Positions 29,113 through 43,000 of a stretch of 64,000 nt of DNA are shown one piece after another. The notes under the pieces were generated by a model. That model had not been told where the DNA came from and did no database searches. It was given only the letters and a program-made list of their open reading frames with translations. A program made the translations under genes and the position numbers. The DNA is from Antedon mediterranea. Its lineage: Eukaryota; Animalia; Echinodermata. Position 1 is the first letter of the stretch, and each line of letters starts with the position of its first letter. The DNA lies in contig NC_092677.1 of assembly GCF_964355755.1 (NCBI RefSeq), positions 10,252,101-10,316,100 on the forward strand, read 5' to 3'.

Positions 29113-31199
29113 AAGATTACTACATTGTTAAGTATTTTTTGATAATACAGTATTTTTTAACATTTGATGTTTTTTTTCCATAATTTTTATAAACACAATG
29201 TTTGTCAGATTCCATATAAGGCAAGATATTTGTCAGATAGACATATATGGTGAGATATTCTATACCGGACATTCATATATGTTCAGAGTTTCTTATGGAA
29301 TATTTCTATATTTGTCTTTAGTTTTCATATTACAATCCATTTGGTGTTGTTTTTCAATCAAATGTCTTCCAAAATCCTTTCTCAATTTGTTCATTTTGAG
29401 AAATACCGTTTGTTCAACTTTCATTTATAGAAACATATTTTAAACAAAATTAATATTATTATAATATCTTGCAGTATTTTTCATATGAATAGTATACAAA
29501 TATTTTAGTGCATGGAAAATATTTTATATATGTAATCATGTTGGTATATTTAGATATATTGAATATATATAATTTTAGTTAAGAGATATTTTGCAGCTGT
29601 TTAATAGATAATTTGCATATTTATGCTCATTTGCATATGAAGGTGATTGAACGACTTGGGGTTGTTGTACATGATCAGAAAAACATGTACATTCATTTAA
29701 AACCTACACTTTTATCTTGCTTATATGCTTGATTCGCAGTAGCCTATTTAGTAGGTAGTAGACATGGAGAACTAGTTTAATTTTTTTTAAAGGTGCTGGC
29801 TAGGGTAAGGGATTTTTCTTTTTCATAATACATGGTGATTTTGCAACATAAATATCTCTTAATACAACTTGTCAGGTACCCACAGATTTTTACTGTCTCT
29901 CCAACCATTTAATTAATTTATCATTTAAAGTTCTGTCTACACTTTTATTGAGTTGTATCCTAAGTAGCAAAGGTCATATACCGTCCATATCTCCATACAA
30001 CTTAATTAATGATTTTTAAACATGAATATTTTGCTCTCTGTTGAACTAAAAGGTCTTCTTTATTATCTAAATCTTGCCTTAAAATAAAGTGCTTTTTTCT
30101 AAATTTTAAAAACTTTTTGAATTGCATTTGCGTCAGCTTAGCCGCCACTTACAGTATTTACGTTTCTGGTCATAACCTGCTGTGTGTGAAACATTTTGCT
30201 TGTCAATTTCAACTTAAATTTCATTTTAAATTGTCCTACAAATTAATTTATCACCATTGTTCATTTGCTATTATCGTCTCGTCCTAAAGTCTTTGGCCAC
30301 TTGCTATTGATTTTTTGTTGTTGTCTTTTACATCACATAATGATGTCAAATAACTTTATACTATGTGATACATCAGTGCAATTCTATTTTGTGTTTCTTC
30401 TTTTTATTTTATTTTTCATCATCAAATATTATTTGATTATTTGTACCATTGCACTCATAAACATTCATTATTTGTATAATATATTATACGCTCTGTGCTT
30501 TTTTCTGGCTGTTTTACTTTATCGTTTTGATTTTGGGATCTCCATTGAGATCCAGCCACTGATACTGACAACATTGTAATTTTCGCGTAATTTGCCTTTT
30601 GATTTATAATGAATTTATATATCTTTCATTTTTTTTATAGTATAGTTTAAGGATTATATTTTTAAAGTACAGTATATCATTGTCAGGCTGCTAGTAGGTA
30701 TTATGGTTATGACTTAAAGATAACAATTGAAATACATATAAATTAATTTAAATAAATGATAATGAATTAAAGTAATTTATCTGGGAAAGAATGGTGTGGC
30801 CAAAAAAAAAACTGTAACAGTAATAGAAAAATAATTGGTTAAATAAAAATCATGTTTGAAATGGTGCAGAAAAACAAACTAATTGTGTTTGAATCTAGTA
30901 GATTTTCTTGTTTTGAGTGGATTTTTGCTGCTGTTGTTTTGATAACTTTTTTCCCTTTTGTGGGTTCATCTCACTTCCTTATATTGAAAAAAATATATTC
31001 ATTAACTCTGTATTTAAAGTCATAAATCTTCTTCTGTTCATAAAATAGGTCTTTTTTTGTATGTTGCATACACATTGTTTTGTTTTGGTTCATTGAAAAG
31101 GTTAGGTACAACAAATCTTCCAAGACAACATTTTCTATTTTTACAAGTTGTTATAACAATACATCTGATCATATATTTGTTTTATTCAACATTATTTAT

Positions 31200-31500
31200 A
31201 GAGGGTGACCCTAAACAACATATGCTGATAATCAAGGTGATGAGTTATGATAACTGTCTGTGTGACAGTGGCTGTGTGTATACTAGTACACTGAGGTAAC
31301 CCCCTACTCGTCTCGAAAGATGTACTAGGTTCTTTAAAGTGCACATGAGCTAGAAGTGTAGACTGGACCTACAGTTTATAGTCCTTATCCGAGAAGACTT
31401 GTTGTACCACCAGAACCAGGGAGCGCGTGGGGCTCGAACGCTTGCGAATGTTACTAGGTATTATGGTTCCACTGTCTTAACCACTTGGGCACTCGCTTGC
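31200..31500 (-). mobile_element. tRNA-derived SINE with Meta-like core
   Basis: The reverse strand reads AAGTCTTCTCGGATAAGGACTATAAACTGTAGGTCC..GTGCACTTTAAAGAACC; homologous to 24980-25270. Confidence 0.65.
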
Positions 31501-32250
31501 TCTGATAATCACAGGAGCGGTCGTTTGCCTTCAAGAATGTTATGATATTGTGACCTATATTAATATATTCCTGTACTTAATAACCTGTCGGTAATGCGCT
31601 TCATCAAACAACCTTAACAGTGGTTTGCACTGAAGGGCATACTTAACTTCCTGCATGTACTTAACATGCCTTCACCTGTTTATTGAATGTCATTGACATG
31701 TGTGGCAGGTATTCCACAAAAAATGAAAATAGTATTTTCATGCACATATGCCTTTGTGAGAGCAGTAGCGTAATGGCTACGAGCACTCACTGGCTAAACC
31801 CAAGGGGCCCCAGAACATGAGCAACCCCAATGCAACTAACCAGCGTTTCAGGGCCTCTTAGGAGTGCTAAACCAGGGGATTAGTCTAGACCCAAGGGAAA
31901 CTGTTTCACCAGATCAACATTTAATGTGAATTTTGTGATTGAATGATAAATGGGCAATATACTCACTATATCAACACCAAATGGAAACTGTAGGCACTAA
32001 AACCAATTCTACAATGTCAACTTTCATCCAATCGAACTAGTTTGAATGATTAACCTTGTTTCTACAAACCTTTTTACTAAATACGACTGTCAGAGAGCTA
32101 AGTTGATTAGATGATTTTTTGCTCAACTTTGTATACTTAAGGCATTGAAAATAACTGTGAATGATTATCACATTTCTGCATAAAATAGGAAGGCACATGA
32201 GTGTGGAAATCACAGGGAAAAAATCCAAATAAGTTACAAACATCATAAAT

Positions 32251-32562
32251 TACAGTATTTCTGTATTGTACAGTATTTCTGTATTGTACAGTATTTCTGT
32301 ATTGTACAGTATTTCTGTATTGTACAGTATTTCTGTATTGTACAGTATTTCTGTATTGTACAGTATTTCTGTATTGTACAGTATTTCTGTATTGTACAGT
32401 ATTTCTGTATTGTACAGTATTTCTGTATTGTACAGTATTTCTGTATTGTACAATATTTCTGTATTGTACAGTATTTCTGTATTGTACAGTATTTCTGTAT
32501 TGTACAGTATTTCTGTATTGTACAGTATTTCTGTATTGTACAGTATTTCTGTATTGTACAGT
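32251..32562. repeat. Minisatellite, 18-bp unit, ~17 copies
   Basis: TACAGTATTTCTGTATTG repeated almost perfectly. Confidence 0.97.
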
Positions 32563-33197
32563 GATATGAATTGACAATATCATACAAACCTAGAGTACAA
32601 AGTTATATTTAAATTTCCTTTATTTTTTAACTTTATTTCAGGCCTATACCCATAACAATATAGATGATTTTTTTTGTACAATAAATAAAATTTAAAAAAA
32701 AAAGTATCATAATATATTACTGATTTTATCATATGAATTATAAGAATTATATTCTTAAATTTCTTACAAATTTGATATATATTTTATTTTCAGTTATCTG
32801 TAACCATCATAAGTTTGTATATTACAAACATGATAAAACAACTATGTATGTATATGACAGGTGATCTAATCCTGAGAACTCTAAACAAATGAAGAAATAA
32901 AAAGGGAAAAACAACATTACATTTCACATTTTTTTACATAAACGATTATACTCTTTAAAAACATGTCATCTAATTTCTAATTTTCATAACAATGTGAATA
33001 GTGTTAATCGTCAATAAATTATTTATAACAAAAATTACATTATGATAGAACATAGAACTTATTGAGTTAATCAAATAAGCAACTTGTTTTGATTTTGTTT
33101 TGGAAAAGGTTGTATATTAATTACATTTTTATTTTATTTATTTCTTTCATTAAAACATAAAAAGAAGCACTAAGGAGAGACCATATACCCACGGATC

Positions 33198-33398
33198 CAG
33201 TGGCGTAACGCTGAGGCCCCTGGTTTAAGCAACGTAAGTGGCCCTTCAAGTTCCATTGCTGGAGGCCTCAGGCGTTTTTAGCCTTTTTACCATATTTTAA
33301 TGCCTGTTTTTTTCTCTGGGCACTGCTTATGGGCGGGCCCCATAAGCTCCAAGGCCCCTGGGTTTAGCCAATGAGCGCTCATAGCCGTTATGCCACTG
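33198..33398. mobile_element. hAT-like MITE copy
   Basis: CAGTGGCGTAACG ... CGTTATGCCACTG; the interior is homologous (inverted) to 26525-26670. Confidence 0.65.
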
Positions 33399-33644
33399 TC
33401 ACGACCCCCCCTTCCCACCCATCTTTCCCTTTAATGAACAGGACTTATCAGTATCTTGGTCAGTTGTCTCTTCGACTGAAATCATTTGAATATATTTTGT
33501 AATATGTTACATAACAAAATGTCATTCTATTTTTAATATTGCAATGCGTTACATATATACACCCCAGGCTTCTACTTCATGGTCTGCTATGGTATCGTGT
33601 GCATTAGTATACCGGTGATACTGCATCAACTCCGACTGAGATAT

Positions 33645-33989
33645 CTACATTGCGTCTTCTTTTTCTTTGTCGTCATCTTTTGTCTCATTCGATGGGTCTG
33701 GAGATGATGTATTATCCACCTCTGCGTAACGTCTATCGTTGTTCACTTTCCTCTGCCGTGCCATAATAATGATTAGTATTATTATCACTACTAAAACAGC
33801 AACAACAACTCCAAGAACGATCATGTTCATATCTGCAAAGGTTATGAAGAAAAAAACACAAATATAGACAAATACTAACTCTCACTATCATAGAATAGAT
33901 ATATACCTCTGTTATTTAACATGAAACTAACAGTTTAAATGGGATGTTTACAATACAATTATTGACAATACAGTGTGCCCTTTTTATTT

Positions 33990-34037
<48 letters not shown>

Positions 34038-37000
34038 TTGCACTGATGAAAGGTTGTCCGAAAGCTCTGCTACTTTTTCTGGCTGTTTTACTTCATCGTT
34101 TTGATTTAGCTTTTTGCTTATTTTATTTTGCATCTCCATTGAGATCCAGCCACTGATACCCACAGCATTGTCATTATTTTCAGTCATTTGCCTTTGGATT
34201 TATATTATATTTTTATATATAGGCCCTATATAATGTTTATTTTCATTTGTATTTTTATATTACTTGCTCCTGGCACAATTGTGCTTGCTATAAACATACC
34301 CAATAAATATTATTATTATTATTATTTAAAACTCACCATTTGGCTTCGGTTGTGTGAATTCTGTAAAAACGATATAGCATAATTCATGGTGACATCTAAA
34401 CATCTATTTTCGATATAATTATATTATAACAGAACCATGACAAAGAAACAGTAACAAAACTGTAGTGTCGGGGGGCTATGTGAAAATATCAACTAAACTA
34501 GATTTTAGCTCCATTAATAGTAGAGTCATATTAATCCAAAATAAACTCGTCAGAATTGATTATAATTGTAGAGTATATTCAGGGAATATCCCTACTAAGA
34601 GAACACTTTTTTCTCATGAAACTAACAAAAGGAAATATATTAAGGCGTTACGTAGGCCTATTTATTTATAACTTACTTCCACTAGTAGTGTTTTGTGAGA
34701 TGGATGAAGTCGTAAAACCGGAGTCTGAAAGTCAAAGAATACATTTTTTGTTAAGTTATTATAAAGTGGCGTGAATTTGACCAACGGAACGGCGTCACAT
34801 CTCATCTCCCAAAAACAGAATGAGCGTAAAGCTCTGTCAACACTATCAAACTTTGTGACAAAAAAATGTGATGTGCCCATATATAGACACGATGATGTCA
34901 TATCACTACCGTATTTGGGCACTTGACACAGTTTTTGTTAGTGTAGACAGAGAGCTTAACAGATTGGAATGGGACCGGTGGTGTTTCGAAGATTTCTCCA
35001 AGCGATATGTTGCTTCACAGTTGCTGGATGCCACCACACAGGAGGTATTCAGGGGGTAGGTTTAAGTTGCCAACTGGATGCAACCACACAGGAGGTATTC
35101 AGGGGGTAGGTTTAAGTTGCCAACTGGATGCCACCACACAGGAGGTATTCAGGGGGTAGGTTTAAGTTGCCAACTGGATGCCACCACACAGGAGGTATTC
35201 AGGGGGTAGGTTTAAGTTGCCAACTGGATGCCACCACACAGAAAGTATTTAGGGGGTAAGTTTAAGTTGCCAACTGGATGCCACCACAAAGGAGGTATTC
35301 AGGGGGTAGGTTTAAGTTGTCAACTGGATGCCACCACACAGGAGGTATTCAGGGGGTAGGTTTAAGTTGCCAACTGGATGCCACCACACAGGAGGTATTC
35401 AGGGGGTAGGTTTAAGTTGCCAACTGGATGCCACCACACAGAAGGTATTCAGGGGGTAGGTTTAAGTTGCCAACTGGATGCCACCACACTGGAGGTATTT
35501 GGGGTGGGGGTAGGTTTAAGTTGCCAACTGGATGCCACCACACAGGAGGTATTCAGGGGCGTTGGGTCAAGTCGCCAACTGGATGCCACCACACTGGAGG
35601 TATTCAGGGGGATAGGGTCAAGTTGCCAACTTCTACGTACAAGGAATAATCAAATATTGTTTCCTTGATAAGTGTATAGCAACCGTGTGGTTTTTACATA
35701 ATGATATTAGTACAATCCCTGGTACAATTATCTAGAATTATACAATAATGTGTTATCTTACCGAATCTTGGTTGTATTCTGTCTAATATAGCTTGTGCCG
35801 GACCTTAAGGGAAAAAATACGAATATGACAGTCATATCATGATTATAACACGCGAAATAAAAACAATTTTGTTATAGATCTGAAGTATAGGCCTACAAAT
35901 GTTGGCCGTCGAGGTTTCTAGATACAGATACAGATACAGATTCATTTATTGTCCAAAATAATAATGGAAATTATAGTGCTCATAAACCTTGGCTTGCCTA
36001 AAATAAATATAAATATAACGGGGACTATCTAACAAATGTTTTGTTATAATGCCTTAACCCAGCTGGGTAGAACGAGTACTTGTAACGGTACGTCTGCGCA
36101 TTCACCGTCCTCATCCTACTAACGATAACGGAGCCGATAATGTCCTTATGAAGAGGATGGTTGGTGTCTTCCAATATAGTATGGAACACATCGGCAAGAC
36201 GTTCGCTGTAGAAAGAGTCGAGCGTTTGCACAGACGAACCAATTACTTTCCCCGCTCTACCCAGCACCTTTTCAATTCGGTCTTTATCCCCTTTACTGAT
36301 ATTCCCAGCCCAGCCCAACATACAATAACCCCAAATAGATAACATCACTGATGAGTAAAACATTTTACAAATATCCAGCTTTACTCCAAACGAACCGAGT
36401 TTCCTCAGGCAGTACAGCCTTGTATTTAACTTCTTAACTATAATGGTCAACATTATACTACTCCCAGGTACTTATAATTGTTAACAATCTCTACTTCCTT
36501 TCCTTTAATGTAGGCCTATACCGGGTCCATACTGTCAGACCTATTGTGTTTTCGAAAATCAATCCGCAATTCTTTCGTTTTATTTATGTTTAGTTCAAGA
36601 AAATTATTGCCACAGTAACCGGTGAATCGAATAACCTCAGAAAGGTATAGAGAAGAATTGTTATTATTAATAAGTCCAACCATAGCCGAGTCGTCCGCAA
36701 ATTTTATCATTTAGTTTACTGTGTCTAAGGTGTGGAATAATCTATCAGAACATCTTTAATGATGATATGATAGTCGATGAGTTTTGTTCTTTCAGACCAG
36801 TATTTTTTTTATCTTTTGTCTTTATTCATCATTCAATTTTTCATAAATGTATTACAATTGTATATATACTCTCAATTCATATAATATATATTAAATTTAC
36901 GTTTTTCTCAGTAGTTTTACATTTAGCAGGTTCCATTCATATTTCTTTTTAGTTTATAGACTCGATCGGAAAGTTTGTCGTTATTCGTTGTATCAGTTTG

Positions 37001-40000
37001 TGTTAACAATATTTATTGTAGTAGTGGGGTGCCTTAAGGGAAAAAATGATCAAAAACGTTACACGGATGACAAAGTTTTCATTTTTTGCACATATGTTCA
37101 CTTGGACATACAGATTTAAAAAATCACTGTAGCCAAGAAAAAAAATGTATTTTATGACCATATTTGGAGTATTTTCAAAATGGCCGCCAAAACAAAATGA
37201 TGGTCCATATCTTAGTAACCGGTTACATTTTATTAGAAAATGGCCGGAATCATCATTTCCGGAATTGTGACCTTTGACCCTAGTATGGTCATATCTCGAT
37301 AACTACTGGCAGTAGAAACATGAGGTTGGTCTTAAAATATTCCCAATATACATGTTAGTATTTGGTCTAACGAAATATTTTTCCCAAAAGTGACTGGAAA
37401 TCATAATATTGACCTTTGACCCGATAACCTCAAATTTCGTTACCGAATGCGCATAACATCAAAATATTGGGCTTAAATTGTAGTGAGGATGGATGAGATG
37501 AATGTTGTGATACGCATTCTCATGTATGAATATATTTGATGTCCCGAACTGCGCCCCGTATATTTGAAGTGTCCATTTCTATATTATCATTTAGATAAGT
37601 CAAAAGAGAAAGAATAGATATGTCATGTTCGGATCTTTTCTGACCCGACAATTGGAAAAGTGTTAATTCTCGTCTGGCGTTACGTACCAGTAGTACAATT
37701 GATCCAATCCGAGTAATTCTTATTTTTATATTCACGTGCAGGCACCCACGTAGGAGTACAGTTGGACACCTCGTCCACGTTGCAGTAAAACTTCTCATTA
37801 CCAAATTTGTAATTAGATTCGGCAGGTATATTTTTTAATATTTTTCTGAAAATGAAACGAAAATTAAGTACATTAATTAGTCAACTCTAACTCTAAATAG
37901 CATTCATATTTTTAATTCTAATGTAAGACGTTAATGCAATTTTTAATAGTTTTACATTTTTAACAGTATTTTTAACTTTTTATCTTGTATTTTTAATCTG
38001 TTATAATACTGCACGTTTTTAAATTGTTGCAATATTGTTGTTTTAATCTACCAAGCAAAGTGAATTTCCATTTTTATGGACAAATAAAATTTCTTGAATC
38101 TTCTTGAATCTTGAACTCTAAAATACCAGACTCTCTGAAAACCGGAAACTCTCCCAAAACCGGACTTTTATAAATGTCTTAACCTAAATGTATTGTTACC
38201 ATTAAAGACGCATTCCGAATACCAATCTTGCATATTAGGCCAGCCCAAAGGTGAGTTGACTGTATATTAATATTGTACAGATTTGTAATCTTATTTACCA
38301 CTTTTACATTGCACTCGATTTGCACGGATTTGTTTGTAGATATCTATAAAAATGGGTATAGGTACAGTACTTGTTATTTTAACCCTTAGATCAGTAGACC
38401 CTTGTTGGGTAAGAAGAGTTATTAACGAAAGAACATTATTAACGGTTCGTTAGATTGCGGTTTATGTGATCTAGGGACGTATGATTTATATCAGAAATCG
38501 GAAAGATGTGTTTATACAGATATAATATAACTGTAGGAGTAGAATGTAGCTCATTAACCTTGTAATAATCGGAAATCCATCGCATTATATATAAACATGT
38601 TACCTAGATGCAGCTTGCCTTTTTGCTGCTGATGTTTTTCTGATGCTCAAGCGAACGCACGGTAAAATGATGCGCGATCGTAATGGCCAATAATATATAT
38701 TCCCAGAAGGACTATTTGAAACATACATTTTTCCTGACTGTTTGGTTTTGTTTAATCTTTTTATTTGTTACCACTATATCCACAGTGTTCTCGTAATTTG
38801 CTTATTGATTATTCAACCCTAGTCTGGGTCCCAGAAGTTTGGACTTAAAATTAGTACAAAGATAAAAATGTTGGCACGTATGGCGTTTCATACGTATATT
38901 TGAGCTTGTATTTGTTTGTATAGCCTCGAAGTAATATAAATGTTGTTTCTTTTGCTTATCTAGACTCATGTAGATTTTTCGATGCACCTGTGACGTCACA
39001 GCAATTTACGGCGACGGCTGTACGGCAAGCGCGTGCGGCGATATCCTTAATCTCGCGATTTTTCTGAATCCCTAATCCATCCCTAATACTTTGTAAAAAT
39101 ATGGTCCTCAGTCAAGTTGTCCTTTCTTATACGTTATCATGTCTATGTCTATGGACCCGCCATCCAGAAATAAGAAGGCCATAATACATGGCTGCAGTCG
39201 CGTGCTCGAAGTTAGTGTTTACCGATCAACCGACCGACATGTTGAGCTGTAGAAGAAAAAAAAAACGCAGCAACGTATTGACAAGTGGGAACCGACGACG
39301 CAACAGTGCTGCAAACATCGCAGGTTTGATTTCAGGGGGTAAACAATTAATATTGGAAGGGTATTTTCTTGCGTAGATTGCGTTGCGTCGCTAGTGAGAA
39401 CCAAGTTTAACTCACTTGTTTCTATCACTTAAACGATGTTGGTGTTTCTTTACGAATCCTAATTCTTGGCACACTTCATTGTAAGACACGGACCTCGGTC
39501 GCATTTTAAACCACGTCCCTTTCAAATAGTAAGTTACAAAACCATCGGCAACCAATTTTTCTGTATCGTCTGTCACCAATCGAAAAGAATAATCTATACA
39601 GAAATAATAAATAAATATTAAATATGGCCGTAAAATAGCCTTCACTAAATTTACAATACAAAAGGTAGAACGAAGTCTATCAGGTAATTAATTAAGAGGT
39701 ATGAAAGTAGTATTCGAAAACAAAAGTTTTTCTTTCACTAATAGCTAGCTATAAATAGAAATATGGTGCTATAATACAATTTCGGTTTCATTACACCTTT
39801 ATTATTAGTATTCTTTTTATAGATCACCATTTGTATAATTACCGAACTATTTGGAAAAAAATGAAGTAAAACAGTTACACGCAAGATTGTCACACAGTTC
39901 ATTAATACACCAATCACTTTTTTTGTGTGAAATATACGGCACTTTTATTGAAGTATTTTTACTGCATAAACCGTATAAAAAACAAGTCCATGATAAACCA

Positions 40001-43000
40001 TTGAAGAGTATGGGGTTACTCTTAGTGGTCCATCTCAATCCCTGTCGTTGTGGAAAGACGAGTGAGCGCCGCTTGGTGGTATCACTCAACAAGGGGCCGG
40101 ACCCTTAGTCGCAGGTTACCCCCGCCCCGAGCTCCCCTTAAATTTACATTCAACCAGTCTCAGATTTTTAAAGTATTTACTGCGAAATACAGGAAACGAA
40201 ACTTATGAAAGTACACAAAACAATGCTAGTAATAAGTTTGAGTTCGTAAAAAACAATTTTAGTGAAATCGACACTTAATTAAATGGAATATGAAACGAAG
40301 TCAAACGAAAACACGTACGAATTTTTAGATTAAATAAAATATGGTATTAATTTACAGAAATTATTTGCCTGATTCGCAAAACTTTTTTTTTCTCGTCTTG
40401 TTGGAAGCTGGTAACGCTGAATAAATGAGTTTTTAAACGATATAATACCTTTGATACACCAAACACTTAGAACATGTTCGGGCTGACAGGAGGTGGACAT
40501 CTTTTCCAATCTACACTCTGTGTCGCACGTTATTTGATAAGGCTGTGACGTATTCTCAGGCGTTCCATACCTGAAATCAAGATTATTTTGTAATCTAGCA
40601 TTATATGCCTAGTATTGAGTATAACTCTCCATTTTATGCTTGAAAACAATGTTAGTTTGCGTGCATGTCTTAAACATCATGACCATTTCAATTTGGTCGA
40701 TTCCAATTGATTTGATATATTAATATTAATTATTGTCATTTTAACAACACGAAATGAACTTTGGTTGGTCACGGTTGTTTACATGCTTATTTACATACAA
40801 TATGCAATGAACACAAAAAACGTTTAACCAATGAATCTAAAGAATCTTACGAACTTATTAATTATAAATAAATGATTGTCGGCAACGTTCGGAGTGATTA
40901 CATATTGATCAATATTGATTATCTATAGACTATTGAATGAATGATTGATCCAAATCAATACATTAACTCACCGATTATCGATAGGAACATCATATGCCTT
41001 TTGAAAACAAAGATGTCTGCAAATAGCATCAGCGTGAATCTGTCTCAGGGTTTTGTCATCCGTGGCGCTGCATAAGTAACCCGATAAACCATCCTTTTTC
41101 GTCACGATTGCGTACCCATCAAATGATGATTGATTGTTCCGTGATTTTCTACCACCACGGAGACTAATCATTGAATCATCTAATTTAAGTTTGCTTTCTG
41201 TAATAAGATAAAAATAATATAATGTTCAGGAATGTGTCCGGACTACAGCCAATCCATACACTATACAGCTAATCAAATCTTCAAATCAAATTGATAAAAA
41301 AAAGAACTTCTCCTTCTTTTCATGTTCAAATTGATTAAAAAAAGAACTTCTCCTTCTTCTCATGTTAGGCCTACTATAATTTTGAAACGCGTGTATGTGG
41401 AAGTCTTTAAAATTAATAATTATTAATATAAATTCCTGTGACTAAATAGCCCAATTGAATGGTGGATAAACTTCTGTGAGCCAACACAGGGTGAGGAACA
41501 CCCACGATACAAAGATTGCGTCCCTCAATCTTAAAGTTATTTAACAAATTAAAATCGAAAATGTGTTTCGTAGGCCTTTATTTTCTTATTATGCTAATTA
41601 AATTCAAGATTAATTATTATTATTATTATTATTATTAATCTCCATAATTTCAATTTGTATGGAGCGCCATTGCATTCCAACATAATGTATTATCCGGTAA
41701 TTTGAATTTAAAAAGTAATCCAGACGCCGGTTTTTTTTTTCCTTTTTTTTTTTTGTTACTGCTGTCACGCAAAGCTGAAGCATAAACAAAGCTTTGAAAG
41801 CTACGTCACGTGACATATATTTCATAATTTCCCAAAAAGAGAGGATGCATACATTAGAATCAACAAATAATCGATCGGGTTACTATCCTCATTTAGTATT
41901 CACATACTGACGATTGGCTACACATCTCCTTATCTCTTACTTCCAAGCAGTTGTGTTGTGAGCGACGCTTGGCTTGCACTAAATTCAAACCTGTTCATTC
42001 TTTGATGTTATTAAACCATTTCTCGTAAAATGTAAGGGTAGAACATTTAAATGGAAAAGCAATATCTTCGAAGGTCAGCCATTTTAGGGTGCTTTCCCTA
42101 GCTGGGAATTTACCAAGATTTCAATATTTCTCAAATACGGTTATGATCTATCCGTCGCATACTAAATAGTGCAAGCGCCTCATCGCTACATTCGCAGGAT
42201 GAAGATTGCTCGCGTCACCCCTATATATAAGTCTGACAAAGTATGGCAATAAATCCGATCTCTCCAATAATATCGCTCTATCTCAATTCTTTCAATTTTT
42301 TCGAAAAGGACACAATACCTCATCTGATCGTTAAGCGTGGTTCCCACTAGAGACGCAACGCAAGGACGTACGCGCAATGCAAGCGAGTTAATCAATGACA
42401 AGCCACTGTTCGAATAATCCATTGCTTGTGATTGGTCAAATCACTTACGTTGCGTTACGTCCTTGCGTTACGTCGCAAGTGGGAACCAAGCTTAACTAAT
42501 AAAATAAAATGGTTGATGCTTGTGAAAATCGCCATTTTTCATTAGGATTTTTTTCAAGTCTCGCCCACACGTGCACCTCAAGATGTTTGTCGGGCATCTG
42601 CCTTTATTCTCTGACCTATTATCATTATATTATTTGAATTGTATTTCCCTTCCCTTTCCCTTATTCAATTTCAAATTTATTCACCTCCCTTAGGAGAAAC
42701 ATATAAAAACTGTACAGCAAAATAAAACACATCAAAATGAAGATTCACACAAATCAAAATGGTTTTAACAAGTTATAAGGTGTCAAAATCATTGTGAAAA
42801 AGGGCAGACTTAACCCTATCACAGATATCATGATTGACAAATGTTATGAAATGAAAAATTGCGCGCAAAAACACCAAGGCGATATTTCTGATAATCTATC
42901 TCGTGTTATTAGTTACTTGTTTTTTTTTTTGCGATTATAAATGTATTAGTGTGCTTTATTTTAAAATTGATCGATATAGGCCTAATTACAGTCTTTAATT

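Noticed and set aside
29198-31299. Hydrophobic ORFs downstream of AGXT2 (29198, 30265, 31057)
   Set aside because: AT-rich 3' UTR or intergenic sequence giving F/I/L/Y-biased random ORFs, with no motifs or exon structure.
32137-32587. ORFs of VQYRNT / IQKYCT / YSISVL repeats
   Set aside because: Translations of an 18-bp minisatellite.
41610-41998. Alternative first exons for receptor A (ORF 41610-41825; exon-like 41941-41998)
   Set aside because: The first runs into low-complexity sequence and the second lacks a hydrophobic signal peptide. Exon 44765-44831 gives a signal peptide with the correct phase-1 donor.
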